Part shown: positions 43,618-53,991 of the stretch, one piece after another
How the letters are laid out: each line of letters begins with the position of its first letter
How positions within the stretch are numbered: the stretch's first letter is position 1
Translations under genes and position numbers: made by a program
The notes under the pieces: model-generated
Told to the model about the DNA's origin: nothing
What the model saw: the letters and a program-made list of their open reading frames with translations, nothing else
The model's database searches: none
DNA from: an uncultured Acidobacteriota bacterium
GTDB taxonomy: Bacteria > Acidobacteriota > UBA6911
Reading direction: 5' to 3'
Assembly: GCA_963809485.1 (NCBI GenBank)
Contig: CAWEJX010000012.1
Location: 64,001-128,000 of the forward strand
Length of the DNA: 64,000 nt

Positions 43618-43856
43618 GGAAGACGGATTATAGAATCAGGTCATAGCATCTCCTCAGTATCCTCCGTATCAAGTCGTTGTAGCTCCGCGTATGACCTTGT
43701 GAATGTATGGCCCTGTCACTTCCTCAAAATTGGCGGTTGAGCCGCAGGGAGTCTGAAAAACAATCACTCCGTCCGCGCCTATGCCGGGCGGATAGGCGGA
43801 AAAGCTGCATCCAGGGCAAAAGGCCGTTTCCGTGCATAATTCAGGTAATATTATTG

Positions 43857-43912
43857 TTGACACACAAAGCGCGATATTTTACGGTTGATCATATTTTTGT
43901 ACGTATACGTAC
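43857..43912 (+). promoter_or_regulatory. Promoter TTGACA-17-TACGGT plus perfect palindrome GTACGTATACGTAC (43899-43912)
   Basis: Upstream of the molybdoenzyme operon; 17-mer TGTACGTATACGTACTA identical to the one at 30461. Confidence 0.68.
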
Positions 43913-44062
43913 TATGATGCGAATGACGCATCGCCACATCGAAACATGCCTGCAAAGAGAACGGAAAATCAAAGATTTCGTCGCAGGTAAATGTCGGTTT
44001 TTTGCAGGACCCTCTTTAGTGTAAGCTGGGCTACTCTGCTCTTGTGAGCGAAAGGGCCAGGA

Positions 44063-46502
44063 ATGACGGCAGCAAATGAAAGTAAAAGGGAAGAGTCAAG
44101 GGACAACTGGCTCTGGCTCTGGAGACCCCCTGAAGGCGGCGATATCGGCCGCCGCGGCCTGCGGCCCAGAGAGGCTCCCGAGAAAGTAACGGGCAGAGCC
44201 GTTTATACCAATGACGTTTATCTTCCGGGAATGCTGTATGTGAAGGTTTACCGTTCTCCGTATGCCCACGCCAGGATCCGGAAGATGGATACCAGCAAAG
44301 CCGAGGCTCTTCCCGGCGTCTGGGCCGTAATCCGATATGATGATCCGGATATCGATTTAAGCGATCCCTATAAACCCGTATTGGGTTTCATGTGGTTTTG
44401 GCATCGGAATTCCATTCTCCCGGATACCGCCGATTATCAGGGCGTCCGAGTAGGAGCGCTGGTAGTTGCCGAAAGCGAGGAAATCTGCGATCAGGCTTTG
44501 AAATTGATCGGGGAAGGCATCGAGTGGGAGCAATTGCCTTTCATCCTGGACCCGGAAAAGGCGATCCAACCCGATGCGCCTCTTTTGCATCCGGAAATAA
44601 ATCCCAAAAACAATATCTGGAAAGATGCAGTGATTCTCAACCAGGGTGACGTGGAGAAGGGATTTGCCTCATCCGACCATGTCATCGAGTTCAGCGAGAT
44701 CAAGAAGGAGGATGATGTCTGGGCCGGCGTGGAGCCCGGATGTATGGTTGTCCAATGGGTTGGCGACAATCTGGAATTCTGGTATCACGGGCAAAGAATC
44801 GGGGTAGATGTAAATTTCATATCAGCTCCCGTGTTCAAAAACGATAAAAAGCAGCCGAAAAAAGTGAAAGCGCACACGCCTTTTAACGGCGCCACCTTCG
44901 GCGGAAATGCCATGGGTCTTGCCTGCTCATCTGGCCAGGTATGCGGCGATAGCAGCCAGGAAGACCATGCGTCCGGTCAAGGTTGTGGATGATTACGCCA
45001 TGAGCTGGGAAGGCAACAGTTTTGAGACCGGAATTGCCCATTACAAGGTGGGCTTTAATAATGATGGAACCATTGTCGCCATCAAGATCGAAATCAACCA
45101 GAAAAACGGCCTTCCGATAACATCCAAGTTTATCGATACCTTGAAGACGCCGAATGTTTATGTGCATGCGATACATTCTTACTGGAGCAGACCCCATGAG
45201 TCCTGCTGGAAGGATGGCGCGGCCAATTGCACCCTTGTCAACCTGATAATCAATAAGGTAGCTGCCTGTTTGAACATGGACCCGATAAAGGTGCAACTGC
45301 TCAACGATGGCGCCAGATGGGCATGATATGGCCTGGCTGGACGAACATGTCAAGAAGCCTTACGGAATGCCCCTCAGGGACAGCCTGAAGGAGGTTGTTG
45401 AAGCCGGCAAGAAAGCTTTCGATTGGGACCGGAAGTGGCATCCGCCGGGCACGCGCAGGCTCCCCAATGGCCGGATGCATGGTGTCGGTTTTTACGCGGT
45501 AGCCTGTTGGCATACCGGCGCCAGAAAGGGCGGCGTCCCAGGCATATCTATGGCGAGAGATGGAACGGCTACCATCTTTTACCGCCGCCCCGATTGCGGC
45601 CAGTCTGCCGCTACCACCTATTGCCAGATTGCGGCTGATGAGATCGGGCTGCGCTATGACGACGTTAAAATTGAGTTCATAGACTACTTCTACTTTGATG
45701 CTGTTCCTCCCGCAGGTTCCATGGGTTCCAGCCTCAATACTTTCGGCCTTGTGGTCAATGCCCGAAAAATGAAGAGAGCTTCTCCTGGAATATGTTGTGA
45801 ACCCTCCCATTGGGGCAATACGCGCCTATGGCAATGCAGTTCCACCGGTACTCATCCCTTTCCAGGGCAAAAAGGTTGAGGAACTGGATATCAGGGACGG
45901 CGTCATCTTTGAGAAAGCCCATCCGGAAAACAAGCTGCCGGTAAGAAGAGTCACCTCATTGCTGCCGCGCGGATTGGAGGCAGCGGCAGAAGGAGGATCC
46001 TTTCTTCGTCGGCGACAAAGCTCCTGAGCTTCCCGAAGTTAAGGAGAAATATACATTGGCCCGGCAATGTGTTTTCGTCGAAGTCGAGGTTGACACCGAA
46101 ACCGGACAGGTTGAGGTTATCAAGCTGGTCCATCCTTATGATGTAGGCCAGTCGCTGAATCCCGATGTGAATGACCAGCAACTCTACGGCGGTGCCTATC
46201 CGGGCGTAGGTGTCTCCGCCACTGAAGCCATCTATTATGATCCGCATACCGGAGTCAGGCTGAATGATAATCTGCTTGGTTATCCTGTTCTGACCATACT
46301 GGATGTCGGCGAGATTGAAGCTCCCATTGTAGAAACGCATCTGGGCTGGAGCGCCTATGGACTTTGCGGCTGCAGCGAAGCCGGTAAGGCGGCCACAGCC
46401 GCAGCGATACTGGTCCCCGCCGTTTATAACGCCATCGGAAAGTGGATTGAGGAAACCCCGGTTACGCCGGAAAGAGTTCTCAGAGCGCTGGGAAAAGCAT
46501 AG
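44063..46502 (+). CDS. Xanthine dehydrogenase-family Mo-binding subunit, copy 1; frameshifts near 44920, 45315, 45775, 46003
   Basis: KVTGRAVYTND, RSPYAHARI, EVEVDTETG, DVGQSLNP, PAVYNAIG, PVTPERVL; colinear with 47176..49591. Confidence 0.82.
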
Positions 46503-46547
46503 CAGAAATTGCCTTCTTTGCAGCTGTTGATAAAGGAGCCACAACTT

Positions 46548-47171
46548 ATGCTGGCAGAAAAAATAAAGAAAAGAGCAAAATCCGCCAAGATATCCAGCGG
46601 AAAACACCCTAAGGGAACTGCCTCTGCCGGCAAGGGCGTCACCGGCACCGGCACCACAGCCATAACTCCCATCGACGGAATACGAGTTCCTTTGACGATC
46701 AAGCCAAGAACGGTGAGGATCAAGGTAAATGGGAGAACATCTAGTCTCCATGTTGAGCCCAATTGGACTCTGCGGGATGTTCTACGGCAAAAGCTGGGAT
46801 TTACGTCGGTAAAGGATTTTTGTGGCGGCTATGGAGCCTGCGGCTCTTGCTGCGTCATCATGGATGGTCGGCCGGTCCTTTCATGCATGACCCTGGCAGT
46901 TGATTGTGACGGGGCTGCAATCGAAACGGCGGAGGGCATCGCCGATGCCAAACATCCTCTGATTGAAGCCTACATTATGAATTGGACGGCTCAGTGCGGC
47001 TATTGCACTCCCGGCTTCCTCGTTACCGCCAAGGTACTGCTGGACCATAATCTCAATCCAACCGTGGAGGAGATCAAAGAAGCCCTGGCAGGAAATCTGT
47101 GTCGTTGCGGCACCTACCCGGCACACATCAAGGCTATCCAGGATGCGGCCAAAGTGCTGAGGGGGGAGTAA
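46548..47171 (+). CDS. XDH-family 2x[2Fe-2S] subunit
   Basis: CGGYGACGSC, LSC, QCGYCTPG, GNLCRCGTY; AAGGAG RBS. Confidence 0.9.
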   Translation: MLAEKIKKRAKSAKISSGKHPKGTASAGKGVTGTGTTAITPIDGIRVPLTIKPRTVRIKVNGRTSSLHVEPNWTLRDVLRQKLGFTSVKDFCGGYGACGSCCVIMDGRPVLSCMTLAVDCDGAAIETAEGIADAKHPLIEAYIMNWTAQCGYCTPGFLVTAKVLLDHNLNPTVEEIKEALAGNLCRCGTYPAHIKAIQDAAKVLRGE

Positions 47172-47175
47172 TAAC

Positions 47176-49591
47176 ATGGCAGAGGAATCAATGGAAAAGC
47201 GGCCCTGGCTATGGAGGCCCCCCGAAGGCGGCTATATCGGCCGCAGAGGCTTGCGTCCCAAGGAAGCCCCTGAAAAGGTCTCGGGCAAAGCAGTGTATAC
47301 AAGTGATGTTTACCTCCCGGGAATGCTGTATTTAAAAGCATTACGTTCCCCCTATGCCCACGCCAGGATCAAGAAGATGGATAGCGGCAAAGCGGAATCC
47401 CTCCCGGGCGTCTGGGCTGTGATCCGATACGACGATCCGGATATCGACTTCTCTGATCCCTATGAGCCCGTGATAGGGCGCTCATGGTTTTGGTATCGGA
47501 ACATTCTCCCGGATATTGCCGACTTTGAAGGTGTAAGGCTGGGAGCGATGGTGGTTGCCGAATCTGAGGAGATCTGCGATCAGGCTTTAAAGCTGATTGG
47601 GCGAAGGCATTGAGTGGGAACAATTGCCATTCATTCTGGATCCGGAGGAAGCCGTGAAATCTGGCGCTCCTCTCCTTCACCCGGAAAGAAATCCCAATAG
47701 CAATATCTTCGATGATGTGGTGACCTACAATATTGGTGACGTAGAGAAGGGATTTGCCTCATCCGACCATGTCGTCGAGTTCAAGTCGGTCAAAATTGAG
47801 GATGACGTCTGGGCCGGCGTAGAGCCCGGAAGCATCGTGGCGTGGCTGAAAGATGAGGAACTGGAAGTCTGGTACCACGGACAAAGAATTCCTGCGGACG
47901 TGAATTTTGTTGCAGCGCCCGTATTCAAAAACGATAAAAGCCGGCCCAAAAAAGTGAAGGTTCATACGCCCTATAACGGAGCGACCTTCGGCGGCAATGC
48001 AATGGGATTGGTCGCCCAGCTGTGCCGATATGCAGTCATCGCAGCCAGGAAAACAGGGCGGCCGGTCAAGGTAGTGGACGATTATGCCATGAGCTGGGAA
48101 GGCACCAGCTATGAGACCGGAACAAATCGTTTCAAGATAGGTTTTAATAACGACGGCACCATCGTTTCGATCAAAATTGACACCCTCCAGATAGCCGGCC
48201 ATCCTCTGCCCAGCAAATTTGTAGATGCCATCAAAACCCCCAATATCCTGGTTCATGAAGTGCACAGTTATTGGAGCAAAGCCCACGAGTCCTGCTGGAA
48301 AGACGGCGCCTCCAATTGCGTTCTTTCGAACCTGGTAATTAATAAAGTGGCGGCCCATCTGAATATGGACCCGATACAAGTGCAGCTGCTCAACGATGGC
48401 GCTCACGGGCATGATATGGCCTGGCTGAACGAAAATGTCAAGAAGCCCAACGGAATGCCGCTCAGGGACAGCTTGAAGGAAGTTGTCGAGGCGGGCAAGA
48501 AAGCTTTCGATTGGGACCATAAGTGGCATCCTCCGGGCACACGCAGGCTCCCCAATGGCAGGATGCACGGGGTCGGTTTTTATGCCGTGGGCTGCTGGCA
48601 CACCGGCGCCAGGAAGGGAGGCGTTCCTGGCATATCCCTGGCGAGGGATGGTACGGCCACCATCTACTACCGGCGCACGGATTGCGGCCAGTCCGCTCCT
48701 TCTACCTATTGTCAGATTGCGGCTGATGAAATAGGGCTGCGCTATGAAGACGTCAAAATAGAATTCAAGGATTATTTCTATTTTGATGCGGTTCCCCCCA
48801 TGGGTTCCATGGGCTCCAGTCTCAACACCTATGCTCTGGTGATGAATGCCAGGAGAATGAAGCAGCGCCTTCTGGAATATGCTGTCAAATTTCAAATGGG
48901 AGCCACGAACATCAATTACGGCGACAAGGTTCCGGCAACAGTCTCTCCGTTCCTGGGCAAAAATATTGAAGACCTGGATATCAAAGACGGCGTCATTTTT
49001 GAGAAAGCCCATCCGGAAAACAGGATGCCGGTCCGAAGAGTCGTCTCTTTTCGGCCTCGAGGCCTGGAATCGAATGCGGAAGTTGGAGAGTTCTTTGTCG
49101 GTGAAACTGCAGATGAACCTCCCATGGTGAAGGAACCCTTCAGTATGGGCCGGCAGTGCGTTTTCGTTGAAGTCGAGGTTGACACCGAAACCGGACAGGT
49201 TGAAGTGACCCGACTGGTTCATCCTTACGACGTAGGCCAGTCGCTGAATCCCGATGTGAATGACCAGCAACTCCTTGGCGGGGCCTATTCCGGCGTAGGC
49301 GTCTCCGCCACGGAAGCCATCTACTATGATCCGCATACCGGGGTCAAGCTGAACGACAACCTGCTCGGCTACCCGATGCTGACCATACTGGATATGGGCC
49401 CCATTGAGGCTCCCATCGTGGAAACACACGTGGGATGGAGCGCTTATGGACTTTACGGCTGCAGCGAAGCCGGCAAGGCGGCTACAGCCGCAGCCATACT
49501 GGTCCCGGCCGTTTATAACGCGATCGGCAAGTGGATTGAGGAAACCCCGGTTACGCCGGAAAGAGTCCTTAGAGCGTTGGGAAAAGCATAA
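47176..49591 (+). CDS. XDH-family Mo-binding subunit, copy 2; frameshift near 47598
   Basis: ORFs 47176..47613 and 47597..49591 join at LIG|EGIEWE; same motifs as copy 1. Confidence 0.87.
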
Positions 49592-49603
49592 GAGGTGATT
49601 CAA

Positions 49604-51991
49604 ATGAAGAGCCTAATGAAATTTGAGCATATCAATGCCGCCAGCCTGGATGATGCGGTCTCAATTCTGCGTCAATACGGGGATAAAGCCTGGGTCCTCG
49701 CCGGCGGAACTGATCTGGTGGGCACCATGCGGTTTGAGGTGCTGCACGACTATCCTGAAGTTTTGGTCAATCTGAAGACCATTCCGGGACTGGACTATAT
49801 TAAGGAAGAGAACGGCACTCTCAAGATAGGCGCATTGACCCGGCTGGAGGACATCGCCGCTCATTCCATCGTCCGGAGCCGCTATGCAGCTCTTGCTGAG
49901 GCAGCTCACCGGACAGCTTCGCCCCATGTTCGTGCCATGGGCACCATCGGCGGCAATCTCTGCCAGCTTATTCGTTGCTGGTATTTCCGGAAGGAGGAGA
50001 ACCGATTTGACTGTATCCGGAAGGGTGGCGCCATGTGCCACGCCGTTATCGGAGACAATCGATACCACTCCATCTTCGGAGCTGCGAGGGTCGCGCCTCC
50101 TCCCTGCTCCTCAAATTGTCCGGCCGGAAACGACATTCCCTCTTATCTGAGCAGCATCCGGGACGACAACCTTGCGGAAGCGGCTCAAATACTGCTGAGT
50201 TCAAACCCGATGCCCGCTATCACGGGCAGAATCTGTCCCCATGCCTGTGAACAAAACTGCAATCGAAGAGATTTGGATGAAGCCCTCTCGATATGCTCTG
50301 TCGAACGTTTCGTGGGGGATTACATCCTCGATCACGCCGACCGGCTGTATCAGGCTCCCCGGAGAGAAAGCAAAAAGGGCGTGGCCGTTATAGGGTCCGG
50401 GCCAGCCGGTCTTTCCGCTGCCTATTACCTCAGGAAACTCGGCTACCGCGTGACCATTTTTGAAGCCAGGGAAAAAGCAGGCGGCGTCCTTACTTACGGC
50501 ATCCCGCCTTACAGATTAGCCAAGGATGTGGTAAGCAGGCAGATTCAAGCCATTGAAAACACCGGGGTGCAGTTTAAGTATGGCGCTAAGGTCGGGAAGG
50601 ACATCACTCTCGATGATCTTCAGAAAAGATATAGTGCTGTCTTCTGCGCCACAGGTGCCTGGAAGTCTTCCGTTCTGGGACTACCGAACGAAGGGTTGCT
50701 GAACCGTGGTCTGGATTTCCTGGAGAAGATCAATAGCGGATTAAGAAAGATAAGCGCCAAAAAAATATTGGTGATAGGCGGAGGCAGTGTCGCCATGGAT
50801 GTTGCGACGTCCGCTCTCCGCGCGGGGGCTCAAGAAGTTCTTGTGGCTTGTCTGGAATCCCGAGATGAGATGCCTGCCTTGCCCGGAGAAGTGGAGCAGG
50901 CAGTTAAAGAAGGCATAAAGCTGATGCCTTCATGGGGGCCTTCGCGTATCTTAAAAACCAAAGGCAAGCTCTCCGGGATGGAATTGGTCCGATGCACTTC
51001 GGTCTATGACAGCGAGCATCGATTTGCTCCCGCCTATGATCGGGCGACCAAGAATACCGTGGAGGCCGACCAGATCATTCTGGCCGCCGGGCAAAGACCC
51101 AATTTGTCGTATGCCACATCGAGCTTGAATATGGACAGGGGCTTGATTGTTGTCGATCCCGACACCCAGGCCACCAGCATCGACAAAGTGTTCGCCGGTG
51201 GAGATGCCACAATTTCCGGTCCCCTTTCCGTGGTGGCCGCCCTGGCGTCGGGACGACGGGCCGCAGAGGCGATCAATCATTTTCTTGGAAGCGGGCGTAC
51301 TTTGGAGATTGAGAAGAAAGTGGAACATCTGACCCGCTGCGATGGCGAGTGCCTGGAAAAGTCCATCCGGGTTAAGGCACCGGAGCAACCTCCATCCGAC
51401 TATTGCCTGGATAAAGAGGATGTTCTGGGACTGGATATAAAAGCCGTTGAGACGGAAGCCAAGAGATGTTTCAACTGCGGATGTGACGGAGTCAATCCGT
51501 CCGATATTGCACCTGCACTGATTGCTTTGGATGCCACGATTGTCACCTCCAAGAGAAAGGTAAAGGCGGACGAGTTCTGGGTTGCGGATAAAGGACTGAA
51601 GCCGACTATCCTGGATAACGATGAAATAATAACTGAGATCCGGATACCCCGGCCGGCTGCCAACGTGAAGAGCTCATTCCTCAAGTTCGCCATGAGGAAA
51701 TCTATCGACTTTCCTATCGTAAATTGCGCAGCCGCCATAGAGAGCAAGGACGGAGTCGTTAAATCAGCCCGGATCTGCTTGAATGCGGTATACAGCAATC
51801 CTTACCGTGTGACGAAAGCCGAAGATGCGATCATAGGAAAAACCATTGATGAGGCTATGGCCGAAGATGCTGGGGCAGGCGCGGTCTCTGATGCCATACC
51901 GCTGCCGTATAACAGGTTTAAAATCCAAATAGCCAAAACATTAGTCAAGCGAGCAATACTGGCCTGCAACAACGTTCAGGGCCACGCATAA
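49604..51991 (+). CDS. XDH-family FAD subunit with inserted GltD-like Fe-S/flavin oxidoreductase module
   Basis: AGGTDL, ASPHVR, TIGGN, CWYFR..C..C; insert CSSNCP, GRICPHACEQNC, IGSGPAG, IGGGSVAMD, FAGGD; resumes NPSDIAPAL, IDFPIVN. Confidence 0.87.
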   Translation: MKSLMKFEHINAASLDDAVSILRQYGDKAWVLAGGTDLVGTMRFEVLHDYPEVLVNLKTIPGLDYIKEENGTLKIGALTRLEDIAAHSIVRSRYAALAEAAHRTASPHVRAMGTIGGNLCQLIRCWYFRKEENRFDCIRKGGAMCHAVIGDNRYHSIFGAARVAPPPCSSNCPAGNDIPSYLSSIRDDNLAEAAQILLSSNPMPAITGRICPHACEQNCNRRDLDEALSICSVERFVGDYILDHADRLYQAPRRESKKGVAVIGSGPAGLSAAYYLRKLGYRVTIFEAREKAGGVLTYGIPPYRLAKDVVSRQIQAIENTGVQFKYGAKVGKDITLDDLQKRYSAVFCATGAWKSSVLGLPNEGLLNRGLDFLEKINSGLRKISAKKILVIGGGSVAMDVATSALRAGAQEVLVACLESRDEMPALPGEVEQAVKEGIKLMPSWGPSRILKTKGKLSGMELVRCTSVYDSEHRFAPAYDRATKNTVEADQIILAAGQRPNLSYATSSLNMDRGLIVVDPDTQATSIDKVFAGGDATISGPLSVVAALASGRRAAEAINHFLGSGRTLEIEKKVEHLTRCDGECLEKSIRVKAPEQPPSDYCLDKEDVLGLDIKAVETEAKRCFNCGCDGVNPSDIAPALIALDATIVTSKRKVKADEFWVADKGLKPTILDNDEIITEIRIPRPAANVKSSFLKFAMRKSIDFPIVNCAAAIESKDGVVKSARICLNAVYSNPYRVTKAEDAIIGKTIDEAMAEDAGAGAVSDAIPLPYNRFKIQIAKTLVKRAILACNNVQGHA

Positions 51992-52011
51992 AAAAAGGAT
52001 ACCAGACCCAG

Positions 52012-52230
52012 ATGCCCAAGCTATTGGTCAAAGTCTTTGGAGATCCCGGGGAGGACACATACGACCTGGAGGATGTGAGATACCTCTTTAATTTTGCCGA
52101 CCAGATTGTTGTGGTTGATGGGCAGAACGTACGCTCCTATGACGAGCTTGCAAAAATCGTTTCCCAGGAAAAATACAGAGATCAGGAGTTTATTGAGGTA
52201 GTGCAGATACCGGCAACTACAGGCGGTTAG
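52012..52230 (+). CDS. Small protein ending in Gly-Gly (possible MoaD/ThiS-like beta-grasp)
   Basis: 72 aa; VVVDGQ and IEVVQIPATTGG C-terminus; co-oriented within the molybdoenzyme operon. Confidence 0.55.
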   Translation: MPKLLVKVFGDPGEDTYDLEDVRYLFNFADQIVVVDGQNVRSYDELAKIVSQEKYRDQEFIEVVQIPATTGG

Positions 52231-52262
52231 TTTTCCGCATCCTTCCAGAAGGTGAGCAAATA

Positions 52263-53603
52263 ATGACAACCCCTGCTGAGATTGAGAAATATCAGGAAGA
52301 GAATTTGGCACTCAAGAGGCAGATTGAGGAACGGACTGGCCAAACCGTGGAACAGCTTTATGCGGAAAGAGCCCGGCGCGTCAGGGACTCCATTGAATTA
52401 AGAGTGCCGGACCGCGTGCCCTTTTCAGTTTTGATCGAGCCCCACGCCTATTCCGGAATTCCCAATTCGGCCGCCTACTACGATCCCATCACGCTTAAGC
52501 GGACCATGCGACAAATGGCCGTGGATCTGGAGCCCGATATGGCTGAAGGTGGATTCCCGTCATCCGGCGCCGCCATGACCGAGATGGATATCAAAAACGT
52601 CGTATGGCCCGGCGGACCGAAACCGGATGACTACAACTACCAATTCATCGAAGGGGAATACATGAAGGAAGATGAGTATGACATCTTCCTGAACGACCCT
52701 ACGGGTTTTATGATCCGCTGCTACCTCCCCCGCGTATACGGGGCTTTAAAGCCTCTTGCCAAATTGCCCCCCCTGGACAGCATGTTCATGGGTTTTGAGG
52801 CCCTCACGCCTCTCTTGGCCAGCCCGGAGTTTTTCGAAATGGCCAAGCATCTGGCTGCGGCCGGAAAACATGCAGGGGAATTCTTTAAGACTGTCGGCAA
52901 TACTCAGGAAGAGTTGGCCCAACTGGGATTTCCTCCATTCGCCAGTTTTGTGCGCGGCGGTGTGGGCGGAGCGCCCTTTGATACCGTCACGAGTTTCCTG
53001 CGCGGAATGAAAGGATCGATGCTCGACATGTATCGTCGGCCCGAGAAGCTGCTCAAAGCCTGTGAGGTGATACTGGAACGGCGCATCGCACAGGCCATCC
53101 TGGCCGATCGCAACCATCGGGACTATCCTCAAAGGATTGCGATGCCGCTCTGGAGAGGGGATCTGGCCTTCATGTCCGATGCCCAGTTTAAGAAGTTTTA
53201 TTGGCCGGGATTGAAGAAGTCTTTGCAGACACATGTAGACCTCGGCTATGTACCTGTGCCCTTTTTCGAATCCAAATTCGGCGACAGGCTGGAATGCATG
53301 CTGGAGCTACCCAAAGGGAAGATACTGGCTTCGATAGAAGCCGTGGATGCGGTCCGGGCAAAGGAAATTCTGGGAGGCCATACCTGTTTGTTAATCCGCG
53401 CTCCGAATACCAGCAAACTGTGGTCGCTCAGCCAATTGGAATCCTTCATCAAAGATCTTATTGACAAATGCGGCAAAAACGGCGGACTTATCCTCGTCAT
53501 CAAAATGCCGGATAAGGCTCGAGTTGAAGACATGCAGGCTATGCTGAAATCAATTAAAGAGTATGGCCGGAATCAGGTGCCTCCGGCAAAGCCGGAGGCT
53601 TGA
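52263..53603 (+). CDS. Uroporphyrinogen decarboxylase (URO-D)/methyltransferase superfamily protein
   Basis: PDRVP, APFDTVTSFLRG..G..LDMYRRPE, F.KFYWP.L, AKEILG, GGLIL; last 10 or so codons come from the adjacent repeat. Confidence 0.78.
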   Translation: MTTPAEIEKYQEENLALKRQIEERTGQTVEQLYAERARRVRDSIELRVPDRVPFSVLIEPHAYSGIPNSAAYYDPITLKRTMRQMAVDLEPDMAEGGFPSSGAAMTEMDIKNVVWPGGPKPDDYNYQFIEGEYMKEDEYDIFLNDPTGFMIRCYLPRVYGALKPLAKLPPLDSMFMGFEALTPLLASPEFFEMAKHLAAAGKHAGEFFKTVGNTQEELAQLGFPPFASFVRGGVGGAPFDTVTSFLRGMKGSMLDMYRRPEKLLKACEVILERRIAQAILADRNHRDYPQRIAMPLWRGDLAFMSDAQFKKFYWPGLKKSLQTHVDLGYVPVPFFESKFGDRLECMLELPKGKILASIEAVDAVRAKEILGGHTCLLIRAPNTSKLWSLSQLESFIKDLIDKCGKNGGLILVIKMPDKARVEDMQAMLKSIKEYGRNQVPPAKPEA

Positions 53604-53974
53604 AAGATTTGAACCGCTCAAAGCGGTTGGACTAGCTACGCCGGTCTTGAACGCTGACTTACGCGGGCAAAAGCCGATGAGGCGCTTCCGATCCCCGCAG
53701 GGGCCAGCGCTCCGCGCTGGACAGTTTTCTGCGGCGGCACTGTGGCAAGCGCCGTGCGGCAAGGAGATGAAGGGTATGAGAAACCGGGCGTTTGCCACAG
53801 TGCCGCCGCAGAAAACTCCATCGGAAGCGCCTCATCGGCTTTTGCTCGCCGACCCTCGCCGAACAAATCGGCGTTTGTCAGCGCTTTTATCAGCGTTTCT
53901 CAGCGTTTCAAAATACGGAGCTGTCAAACTCTTTGAGTCCCCCGGCAGAGCCGGGGGGTTACCAATGTAATTAC
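53570..53974. mobile_element. IS200/IS605-like non-autonomous element, copy 4, with an internal long hairpin
   Basis: Same ends as copy 1, plus about 160 extra nt with nested inverted repeats. Confidence 0.7.
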
Positions 53975-53991
53975 AATGGCAAAGGAGGAAA

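Noticed and set aside
47759-49603. Long antisense ORFs (also 33510..34751, 23518..24744, 5764..6756)
   Set aside because: They shadow well-supported genes on the opposite strand and show no recognisable motifs.
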